DNA of 64,000 nucleotides from Veleropilina oligotropha (Eukaryota): NCBI GenBank assembly GCA_048128005.1, contig JBEUKZ010000113.1, positions 62,001 to 126,000 of the forward strand, read 5' to 3'. Shown piece by piece: positions 38,145 to 47,262 of this stretch (position 1 is its first letter; each line of letters starts with the position of its first letter). The notes under the pieces were generated by a model. It saw only the letters and a program-made list of their open reading frames with translations, ran no database searches and was not told where the DNA came from. The position numbers and the translations under genes were made by a program.

Positions 38145-39423
38145 GCCAAATGAACGCTAGGCCAACGACGATGCCACCCACGATAAGTGCGGTTTTATCC
38201 TCGTCATGTTTGGTTGCCCCAGCTGAAACAGCTGCCACAGCCGGCAGAGAGCCACGATGCTTCGGAGTGACCGCATCTGCGGGTAAGACGGCGTCTTGTG
38301 GGATGACCAATCCTGTTTCTCCAGTCTCCCCAGTGGCGTTGAGCGGCACAGGATTGGCCGCGTTCACCGTAGTATTAAGACCTAGGGTCTGGGCTTCCGT
38401 GGCAACGACGATCTCATTGTTATAACCAGCCACCTGCCCGATCCGAAGGAGCATGTCACTTGGCGCCATGTAAAGGCCGACGCCGAATACGAAGTCTACT
38501 TTAGACCTGGCATACTGCAAAACGTCCTGGTACCGTTGGATCGCAGCAGGGAGGTCAACGGGGGATGCGGTGGCGTCTTCCACGTTCGCCAGGAACTGTT
38601 TCTGTGCGTCAAATGCCGTCCCACTACCCAGAATACTTGCACGCGTTTGAGCCTGCGCTCCAAGAATAGCCCAGACGTAGGTCCTGATGGAATCATTGAG
38701 CCTTTCCACGCCGGCCCTCGTGAATCCCACCGACCTGTCCAGAATAAAAGTAGCCCAACCGTTTTTAAGCGCAGGCGCTTGCGCGATGTAGTCCACGTGC
38801 AGATTCGTGTTGGTCGTACCTTTGGTGAAGGACATTCGGCTTGGATCATACTCACGTCCGATGGGGTGGTAGCCGTTGTTCGTCCAGTAGCTGTAAGCGG
38901 TGCCTAGTCCGCCGTTGGGACCCTTGACACGCCAGTCGGTATGTGGGGACACTCCGAATTCGCTGCAGATCTTTTCATATGCCCTTCGGTCATACGGGGT
39001 GTCGAATGCATCCCACGTCCGGTCTTGTGGCAGCGGCGCCTGAATCTCGGTCAAGATCCTTCTGACCTGATAGTAGACGTGGAAGGTGAATACAGCAGTG
39101 GAGAGGGGGGCTGCAGTAGCATTCAAGTGGTCTTCTGAGGAGATCCCGGAACCTGTTGTGGCACACCATACTGCGAAGTTGACCTTGTTCTGCCAGAACC
39201 GCATCGGTGTGCTGTGCCAAGCCCTTATCAGCCCGTCACTAGCGACGTGAGGGAGGCGATACTTTTGAAATACGTCGGGGTAGTCTGCCCCGAATGCAGT
39301 GGTTGAGCTATTACCCACATTGATGCTTGGTCTCGTAAGCTGCTCATCTTTGATCTTTGCTGGGTACACCACACCGGTCGGATAGGCCGCACTCCTATTG
39401 AACACAAATGCGCTCTTAGCCAT
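38137..39423 (-). CDS. Hypothetical protein with C-terminal membrane anchor, 428 aa
   Basis: Long intact ORF ending in ALIVGGIVVGLAFIWLT; function not recognised. Confidence 0.85.
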   Translation of the reverse strand: MAKSAFVFNRSAAYPTGVVYPAKIKDEQLTRPSINVGNSSTTAFGADYPDVFQKYRLPHVASDGLIRAWHSTPMRFWQNKVNFAVWCATTGSGISSEDHLNATAAPLSTAVFTFHVYYQVRRILTEIQAPLPQDRTWDAFDTPYDRRAYEKICSEFGVSPHTDWRVKGPNGGLGTAYSYWTNNGYHPIGREYDPSRMSFTKGTTNTNLHVDYIAQAPALKNGWATFILDRSVGFTRAGVERLNDSIRTYVWAILGAQAQTRASILGSGTAFDAQKQFLANVEDATASPVDLPAAIQRYQDVLQYARSKVDFVFGVGLYMAPSDMLLRIGQVAGYNNEIVVATEAQTLGLNTTVNAANPVPLNATGETGETGLVIPQDAVLPADAVTPKHRGSLPAVAAVSAGATKHDEDKTALIVGGIVVGLAFIWLT

Positions 39424-39430
39424 AGCTACT

Positions 39431-40171
39431 ATGTTCCACACATTAACAAACGTTCAAGAGGGGACCGCGGTTGCCCTCCTGGAGCCGATTGATAACCGGG
39501 ACGGCAAGCTATGTGTCAGCTTGCAGTCGCTCGACTATTGGGTAGGCTGGCACAACGTGCATGCCGGAGCCTTCTTTAAGACCCCGGATACCACGGTCGA
39601 CGTGGCACCAGGTTTCTACAGCTTCGATGACCTCGCCAAGACGATGAAGAGGTCGCTAGTTAACCTACAACTAGATGTAAGCCATGCTACAGGGCTCGCC
39701 CGAATCGTGGTCCCAGAGGGGACTCGACTCGCGATAAGCGACGATATACGAAAACTCCTCGGCTTAGACCTCTCTTCGTTTATTCTCGATAAAGCAGGGA
39801 ATCTGAACCAACCGGTTCGGGGAGTACAGGGCCAACCACCTCCCCCTCCGGAGAGATCCGAGTGGCTACGCCCTGGGACTTATGACGGGAATAAGCCTGT
39901 CGGGTTTGCCATAGCGCCAACCCTACACGTTCACCTGGAGCAGCTCAGTACAACGCACAATGTGAAGGACGGCGCCCCGAGCACTATTCTCGCGGTGGTC
40001 CCTATCACGTCGCAGATGTTCGGTGAAGCTGGCCACTATCATAGCTATCCCGCCGGCCGGCGACTACAGGCCGGGCTAATCACAGAGTTGAAGGTGTACG
40101 TCACAGACGCAGACAGTAACCCGATCGACAATCACGGCATGCCCATTACCGCAGTCCTTGCGATACAATGA
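39431..40171 (+). CDS. Probable minor capsid (penton, single jelly roll) protein, 246 aa
   Basis: PGFYSFDDL, ILAVVP and the C-terminal ITELKVYVTDADSNPIDNHGMPITAVLAI resemble Polinton/virophage penton ends. Inferred. Confidence 0.72.
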   Translation: MFHTLTNVQEGTAVALLEPIDNRDGKLCVSLQSLDYWVGWHNVHAGAFFKTPDTTVDVAPGFYSFDDLAKTMKRSLVNLQLDVSHATGLARIVVPEGTRLAISDDIRKLLGLDLSSFILDKAGNLNQPVRGVQGQPPPPPERSEWLRPGTYDGNKPVGFAIAPTLHVHLEQLSTTHNVKDGAPSTILAVVPITSQMFGEAGHYHSYPAGRRLQAGLITELKVYVTDADSNPIDNHGMPITAVLAIQ

Positions 40172-40530
40172 GCAGCATCTACGGGACCCTCCCCCTAACC
40201 CTGCTTGCAGACGAGCCCTCTTCCCCCCCGACCCGGTGGCACTTTGTCCTTAATTGTGGGGTAGCGCCCAATAAGGGGCTGGCGAGGAGGGAGTTCATGT
40301 TTCCAAACACTAGAGGTCGGTTCGGGTTGAACCCAGCCCTTCTAATGATCCACCTGACGCCGGTCCAGCCGGCCGGGGGCCCCAAGGCATGTTCCATAAG
40401 TAAACTCAGCCTGGATTCGGATAAGTTAACCCTCGCCTTTGTCGTCAAGGCCCCGTGGGTCGGCACTCTGTATTTGAACGTTACAGTAGACATTTTAAAC
40501 AAACAGGCGGAACAATACAGCCACGTATGA
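40168..40530 (+). CDS. Hypothetical beta-rich protein, 120 aa
   Basis: ATGA overlaps with both neighbouring genes. Confidence 0.65.
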   Translation: MSSIYGTLPLTLLADEPSSPPTRWHFVLNCGVAPNKGLARREFMFPNTRGRFGLNPALLMIHLTPVQPAGGPKACSISKLSLDSDKLTLAFVVKAPWVGTLYLNVTVDILNKQAEQYSHV

Positions 40531-41162
40531 TGGACAACAAACCCTCAGCGCCAACGCTGTACCCACAACTTGGTGGCGATGTGCCTTCGGAAGTTCCGGA
40601 GGCACAGTCTTTCCGACTACAGAAAGTGAATGAGCTCCAGGGGCAGCTAGAACGAGAACGGGACACACGGGCTGCATTATATAAAAAGTACCGACGAGGT
40701 GTTAACGTCGTTGACGGGATAGATAACGGGCTAGTCGTCGCCACACTTGGTATGGGTAGCGCTGGAATTGGTCTACTGTCCACAATTGTAGCCGCCCCGG
40801 TCGTCCTAGTGCTGGAACTAGCGGCATTAGGGTGTGGGCTCGCTAGTATGGGTGGAAAGTATATCAGCCGGCGCCTCGGGGTGAAGGCTAAGAAACACGA
40901 CGAGATTCGAGTCCTGGCCGACAGCAAGCTGAATACCATAACCGACCACGTCTCAAAGGCATTATCGGACGGGGTGATGTCTGATGATGAATTCCAACTG
41001 GTCACAGGGGAGATGGAGAAATACCAAGCCATGAAGGCATCAATCCGGGATAAGAGTAGGAAGGCGCACACCGCGATTTCACAGACCCAAAGCGAGCTTA
41101 TTGAGCGAGGTCGTAAAGAGGGTCGCGCAGAGCTGCTGAAAAAAATCGGAGCTGGCGACTAA
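40527..41162 (+). CDS. Two-TM coiled-coil membrane protein, 211 aa
   Basis: FRLQKVNELQGQLERE...LYKKYRR, a hydrophobic Gly-rich hairpin, then KAKKHDEIRVLADSKLNTI. Confidence 0.8.
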   Translation: MMDNKPSAPTLYPQLGGDVPSEVPEAQSFRLQKVNELQGQLERERDTRAALYKKYRRGVNVVDGIDNGLVVATLGMGSAGIGLLSTIVAAPVVLVLELAALGCGLASMGGKYISRRLGVKAKKHDEIRVLADSKLNTITDHVSKALSDGVMSDDEFQLVTGEMEKYQAMKASIRDKSRKAHTAISQTQSELIERGRKEGRAELLKKIGAGD

Positions 41163-41244
41163 CTATCCAGGTTGAGCGTAGCCACGACTACCCCGCTCCT
41201 CCTCCGTATTAAAGCTAGAAATCGACAGTGATATCTGGACAACC

Positions 41245-41676
41245 ATGAAATCCATGAAATCTATGCTACTGTGCATTGTCGCGGTATGCTGGCTAGGGGG
41301 TGTTTCTACCCAGGCGTCGACACACAACACTGCATTAATTCTGGAACATACGTGGACTAGGTACCGAAATCATCCCAGGTATAACGCCCGATTTGACCCC
41401 TTGCGAAGAAACCTGCTACTACGCCCGGGTAGAGACCCCACCCCTGATGTCTCCCCACCATCGTGCCACTATTTTATTATCGGAGAAAATGACTGTAGCC
41501 CTGCCACACCCCGAGACACTGTCACATGTGTCCAGTGTTCGACCCCCTCGTTATGTCCTGGAAAAAATGGGGAGTATTATACCATGCTGTCTGGCTGCTT
41601 CGGTGTGTGGAGAAAAGTCGGACACATCTCACCCTGTAATTGTACTCTAGCAAGCGGTAACTATATATTCATATAA
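41245..41676 (+). CDS. Putative secreted cysteine-rich protein, 143 aa
   Basis: Signal-peptide-like MKSMLLCIVAVCWLGGVSTQA and 8 Cys in the C-terminal half ending in CNC. Confidence 0.7.
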   Translation: MKSMKSMLLCIVAVCWLGGVSTQASTHNTALILEHTWTRYRNHPRYNARFDPLRRNLLLRPGRDPTPDVSPPSCHYFIIGENDCSPATPRDTVTCVQCSTPSLCPGKNGEYYTMLSGCFGVWRKVGHISPCNCTLASGNYIFI

Positions 41677-42429
41677 ACAGCTGCTTGTGAAATCTCTTGC
41701 CTTACACTATTTTCAGGTCACAGCTGTTTATATAAATGCCCATTAGGCCGTCTACTAACTCTGACACCCTCTCGCGATATTCACATAATTTTTAGGATTT
41801 CAGTGTATTATATATTACATAATAAATAATTCATTGGCAAAAATAGATCAGTATATAATAATTATAAAATGTCATATATTTTTATTTGTGTTTGGTAATT
41901 TCTTTTATATATTCATTTTTGTATCCGACTTGTTGTAAAATGTCGTCGTAATGTTAGAATCTAAGAAAATCGAGGAATGTTTCATTAAAATATTAATACT
42001 ACGTATAGTAGTCCCAGGTTTCACTGCGGGCAAAAGTTGACACCAACCTCAAGTATTTCTATACTGTCAAGTCATTACCGTTGGTATGGTATTATATAAC
42101 CCAATTTATAAACAATTTAAATGGGTGGGTACGTTTTTATAAACACAAAATCATGTCACGACGATTATCTTTAATGAAAACACATGCCAAAGTCGTTTCA
42201 TTCATGCCGATTTATGAATGACACCAGTCGTTAAAAGCGTGCGTCACTGGCGTTCAGCTGTCTACTGCTGTCGCCGACCCAGAAAAAAAAGATTGACCCA
42301 GTGAAAAATATCTGACCTAGAAATAAATATCTTGTCCAGAAACGGGTCATCGCTCCAGTTAAGATGTTTTGGTCCACTTGTTTACATCTGGACAGTTTAT
42401 TCTCTAAATGGAAATTCTACAGGTAACAA

Positions 42430-42519
42430 TGAGTCAGCCATGTGTCACATCGCCACGTGTACATTGCCACGTGTACATTGCCACGTGTCACAATGAGTCA
42501 GAAATAAAGGGTTATATAA
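42430..42519 (+). promoter_or_regulatory. Putative Pol II promoter: AP-1 site, 3x E-box, AP-1 site, TATA
   Basis: TGAGTCA at 42430 and 42494; CACGTG at 42454, 42468 and 42482; TATATAA at 42513. Confidence 0.55.
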
Positions 42520-42548
42520 GGACAACATGAGAGCACACAACGACATTG

Positions 42549-42836
42549 ATGGATAAACTATCAACAGCAATGTCTGGTTTGGTGATGTCACGAAAGCGTA
42601 CTTTTGTTGAGTCATTTCTCGATAAACAAGCAACTGAGTCTCGTGGGGTATCGAAGAAATCCACGAGACTCGAACTGGCTAGAGCCAAAAATCGCAGGGA
42701 CACTGCGCACCAAAATATGGTAAAAACTGAAGAGAGGATAACGAAGATGATGGAGAGACTACGAGAACAAGAAGCTTCCTATGAGGCCTCCAAAGATGAT
42801 ATCCGTAGATTACAAGTCCTTCTGGAGGGGGATTAG
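42549..42836 (+). CDS. Small basic coiled-coil protein, 95 aa
   Basis: Basic region followed by heptad-like ERITKMMERLREQEASYEASKDDIRRLQVLL; lies downstream of the TATA box. Confidence 0.6.
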   Translation: MDKLSTAMSGLVMSRKRTFVESFLDKQATESRGVSKKSTRLELARAKNRRDTAHQNMVKTEERITKMMERLREQEASYEASKDDIRRLQVLLEGD

Positions 42837-42854
42837 TGATATTCATTTTCGGCA

Positions 42855-43003
42855 CCTCTCAGGCCTATAGTGTCCAGCTGCGGGAGCATAACATACAACG
42901 CCGCCCGATACATTACAGACATCATCGGTCCGCTTGAGGGGAAGACAAAATACAGCGTCTCAAAGACCTCGTCGTTCCACCCGGACAGAAGCTCGTCTCC
43001 TCC
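42855..43003 (+). pseudogene. Penelope-like element reverse transcriptase remnant
   Basis: Translates PLRPIVSSCGSITYNAARYITDIIGPLEGKTKYSV and, after a deletion or shift, KDLVVPPGQKLVS, a characteristic PLE RT segment. Confidence 0.75.
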
Positions 43004-43106
43004 AGTCTCATGACGGTGAATTAGCTACTTTTTTTCCTGTTATACGGCGAACTATCACGTCTAGGCATCCGACCGACAAGGTCGGAAGCCATTAATGCCT
43101 ACCAGG

Positions 43107-43146
43107 TATTCTGATGAGGCCTTATAGGCCGAAATGGCCATAGGTA
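43107..43146 (+). ncRNA. Minimal type I hammerhead ribozyme-like motif
   Basis: CTGATGA - GGCCT tat AGGCC - GAA - ATGGCCAT (palindromic stem III) - A. Stem I is weak (TATT/GGTA). Confidence 0.65.
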
Positions 43147-43164
43147 AGTGTTTTAATTTAACCC

Positions 43165-43483
43165 CCTGGGCCGGCGAGGGTAGTGGTCCCTGGGGGCTCT
43201 ATGTCGCTGTACACACAGTGACTTTTTGTAATACACGATTATACCCTGGGGTCTGAAATATAGCTGGGAGCCTCCACAGCAGGCCCCGGGGCCCTAGTCT
43301 AAACTCCCCTGCTGACTAGTCCGAGCTACCCTGAGTTCTGAACAGGTGCTGGGAGCCGTATTTTCCCATTTTAAAAAGTCCAATCACCCTCCCTGCTGCT
43401 GAGTTGAGATCCATATTAATTCTGAAAAGGTGCTGGGAGCCTTATTTTCCCATTCTAAAACGTCTACTCACCCCCCTGCTGCT
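43165..43483 (-). repeat. Internal diverged inverted copy of the left-end sequence plus two ~65-bp direct repeats ending in the terminal motif
   Basis: 43165-43273 matches the reverse complement of ~27276-27388. 43336-43400 and 43420-43483 are direct repeats ending CACCC(T/C)CCCTGCTGCT. Confidence 0.85.
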
Positions 43484-43686
43484 CCCTTGATTATAATGTG
43501 GCCAGTATCCAGTCAACCTTCATGCAATGCATTTCAGTCGATTGACACACTCAACAACAATAGCTTGTATTTACATCGCCGCTTCTACTAAGGTCAACTC
43601 GGGCGACGTAACTAGGCAACCAGGTAGTATTTGAATAGGCTATCGATAGTCTATGCATAAGCTAACCTGGTTTTCGGACAGCCTTT

Positions 43687-43865
43687 CTGTACACACGGTA
43701 ACTTTTTGTAATACAATCTATACCCTGGGGTCTGGAAAGGGTGCTGGGAGCCTTAATTTCCCTCGCCGCGCCCCCACATAAAAGGTATGGTCACCCCCCC
43801 TGCTGCTGCTGGTTTTATGCCTGAAAAACTGCCCCTATTAGAGTACACTCACCCCCCCTGCTGCT
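43687..43865 (-). repeat. Right terminal inverted repeat
   Basis: Reverse complement of 27162-27342; ends ...CCCCCTGCTGCT followed by TSD TACGG. Confidence 0.97.
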
Positions 43866-44392
43866 TACGGGTTACCTAATAACCAAATTGAAAGGCTCCA
43901 ACGTGTGCAAAATGTGGCTGACAGAGTGGTCACTCGTACTGGAAGGCAGGAGCATATCACACCTGTGCTTATGCAACTTCATTGGCTGCCGATTGCGAAA
44001 CGCATCGACTTCAAGATCTTATTGCTGGTATACAAAGCACTGAATAGCATCGGTCCACACTACATCAGCGAGTTGATAAAGCGTCATCAACCAGCGAGAC
44101 CACTCAGATCTAGTGACAATCAGCTATTGTTTGTTCCTCAAACCAGAACTAAAACGTTCGGCGACCGGTGTTTTGCAAAGGCCGGTCCGACGCTTTGGAA
44201 CAGCATTCCCATCCACATCAAGAGTGCCAAAGACCTTAATGAATTCAAGAGACTGTTAAAAACATACTTGTTCCAATCAGTATACATATCATAAACTTCC
44301 AGACTCTTGCCAAAGCGCCTTTGAGCAAATTCAATCTGGATATTGGCGCTATATAAATTTATATATATTATATTATTATTATTATTATTATT
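43866..44392 (+). mobile_element. L2-clade LINE 3' part (ORF ends 44294, short 3' UTR, (TAT)n tail)
   Basis: Continues in frame as LPNNQIERLQRVQN...HITPVLMQLHWLP...FKRLLKTYLF, with an AAAGCGCCTTTGAG...GGCGCTATATAAAT 3' end and a TAT repeat tail. Confidence 0.95.
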
Positions 44393-45383
44393 ACATTTTA
44401 CGTCGTAACACACGTGACAAATCGTCTGGCAGGTAATGATTATGGGCCAGAAATTCGGGCGATTAGGCAGTTTTACCGTCCACTATAGCTCGGGTCGTCC
44501 ACTATAGTTCCTGTCATATGATAATAATAAAATTTTATGCCTGTTATTGATTTTTATGTTTTGATAAAAAAATTACTGCCAACTTACCTTAAGGTTTGCT
44601 AAATTCGAACAGCAAGAAAAATAGACAGGTCACAGTTATTTTCTGTTAACTGCATCCTTTAATTTAAATCCAATTTTGGATATCAGTAATCTAATACAAT
44701 ATTTTGGCTCAGAGTAATATCCTTATCAATGTCTCATTAGCATAATCGACGCTACTGCATGCGATTTCAAAATATGCAACAGCAGAGATTAATATCCTGT
44801 TTCAGTCATGATGTGGACATGCAAATTAAATACAACATACAATCAATATACAGCTAAATTACTTAAATATTGATTACATATTTATAAAATGAAAATTTTC
44901 ATCTGATAACCAGTGATATATCAACATATGTTATCTAAATTAAGGCCATGTGCCATATTACTCTGGGCGGACGGAATAGTGCGGCCTGAAACTGACAACG
45001 TTAATCGAAGATTGGCTACAGAGGCTAGACTTGGTATTCGGATCTTTAACATACGACGTTAACGATGTTAATGTGCCTTTATGCATATTAGCTGAGCGAT
45101 GGATTGCGGCACGCCAGACATGAATACGAAATTCCTGATATTTCTGATGATGCCGCATGAAATCGGAGCGGGCAAAACATGCATCTTTAAATAACAGAGA
45201 ATCCCGACGCGACAGTAGGCCTTAATGGACAGTTGTCACGATATAGTTTATCAGAAATCTGTACTGTTTAACAGCTGAATGATGAGTTCACCCAGTTTGT
45301 TGATCGCAAATATGAAGCACGCGTATGGGCAGCCAAAAGGGTATAAAATACGTTAAAACAAAATAAAAGATCATAGTAACAAT

Positions 45384-46072
45384 TAACAGTCATCAATGGT
45401 CAAACGAACGGTCATCAATGCTTATACGAACAGCCAAAAATAAATCCAACAATCACCGAATCAAACCAAACAGCCTAATATTAATCCAACAGTCATCAAT
45501 GGTCAAATGAACGGTCATCAATGTTCACACGAACAGCCGGCAAAAATGCACCCAATAGTCACCGAATCAAAACAGACATCGAATCAAAACGGTCACCAAA
45601 TCAAAACTAACAGCTTAAACAAAAATCAGCAATGCTCAAACGAACGGAAACCAACGTTCACATGAACATCTAACAGTCGCCGAATCAAAATCAACAGCCT
45701 AAACGTAATCCAATAGTCATCAATGGGCAAACGAACGGTCATCAATGTTTATACGAACAGCCCAAAATGCATCCAACAGTCACCGAATCAAAACAAACAT
45801 CCTAAACTAAATCCAACAGTCATCAATGTTCAAACGAACGGTCATCAATGTTGATACGAACAGCCTAAAATGCATCCAACAGTCACCAAATCAAAACGAA
45901 CAGCTTAAACAAAATCGAACAATCATCAATGCTCAAACGAACGGTCACCAATGTTCACATGAACAGCCAACAATACATCTAACAGTCACCGAATCATAAT
46001 CAACAGCCTAAACGTAATTCAACAGTCATCAATGCTCAAACGAACGGTAAAAAAAATGCACCCAACAGTCAA
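45384..46072. repeat. ~103-bp minisatellite, about 6-7 degenerate copies
   Basis: Repeated AACAGTCATCAATG.TCAAACGAACGGTCATCAATG...AGTCACCGAATCAAAAC. Confidence 0.85.
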
Positions 46073-47262
46073 AACCCGAACTAAGTTTGCAACAAAGTGC
46101 TCTGCCGTGCGTTCAAGATGCAAAACGGTCTGCGTTTTGTCGTTCAATTGGCAGTGCACTTTATGAAAACGTTTTGCAAAAGGCGCGCAACCTTCCTAGG
46201 TGACACGAGGTGCGACCAAAATGGCGGCCGATAGAACGATTTTGAATAAAGTAGGGACTGTTAAATTTATTTTTCAACTTAGGAGGCATTTAGGAGCAAC
46301 ACACTATTAAACGAGGACCTAATCCAAATAATATGTAAATTGAGAAGTAAATAGTTTAATTTATAATTAATATTTATATATTATGGTGCTTTACCACTTG
46401 TTTATTTGCTGTATGCGACAAATTCTAGCAAGGGCAGATAACTACATGACAGGTTCATGTTATCGAGGGAGGAAAGCTCGATCGGCCGGGAAAACCTGCC
46501 CTCTTCGACCAGTTACGGACAAATGTGAATCATAACTTAAACAAATAATGTCATGCCCCAACCGAGGTTGGAACCCACTACTGTTCGTGTCAGCGGAATC
46601 AAGCCAGTGATTTTTCGGATTCTGCAAACCAAACCCCACGACAGTTGGAACGGCCCACAAAGCACGGACTCTTCGGTGGTATATGGATAATAGCGCGACT
46701 GTCAATTAACTCGCTTGACAGCTCCGATTATCAGGAGTGGATGAAAATTCTCATCTGGGCACTTTGTTCAGTTAACTTTCGAGTCAGTATCTGTCCGGTA
46801 AAGGCGGGTTTTCGAAGGCGATCGATATTTCCTCATTAATAAGGATATGTCCCATTAACATTATGCATCTATTCAAACGAAACAAAAAAAACAACAACAA
46901 TATGCAGGTCCTATGTGAGCTGTGGTATTCGAATGCTCTGCTAAGGTATTTTACTTGCAAGTACATTTCCAAACCTAAAACAAGTTGGCAGACATGTTTT
47001 AGATCACTATTGTTGGAAGACATAAGCTGTCACACATATATTGTTATAGCCGATATCGGACTCTATACTAGCATCTCAAAACATTGAACTCTCTGGACAG
47101 TTTTCGGTTGTGGAACGTTTCCAAAAAGCCACATGATATTTTCAAATGGATTTTAAAAAGAAACCCAAAAGTAAAATTGTAAGATGTAACATATATTTAA
47201 TCTATAAAACATTACCTCTTATAGAGTCTAGCCTAAAATTATAAACTTTTGAGATTACTTAC

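Larger units (their letters stand above)
27162..43865. mobile_element. Polinton/Maverick-like (PLV-like) endogenous virus, 16,704 bp
   Basis: ~180-bp TIRs, AG...CT termini and TSD TACGG (27157-27161, 43866-43870). Densely packed intronless GC-rich ORFs include an integrase, a packaging ATPase and capsid proteins. Confidence 0.95.

Noticed and set aside
27162..43865. Bacterial prophage or contaminant explanation for the GC-rich block
   Set aside because: A precise TSD inside a eukaryotic LINE and an rve integrase show genuine integration of a eukaryotic element.
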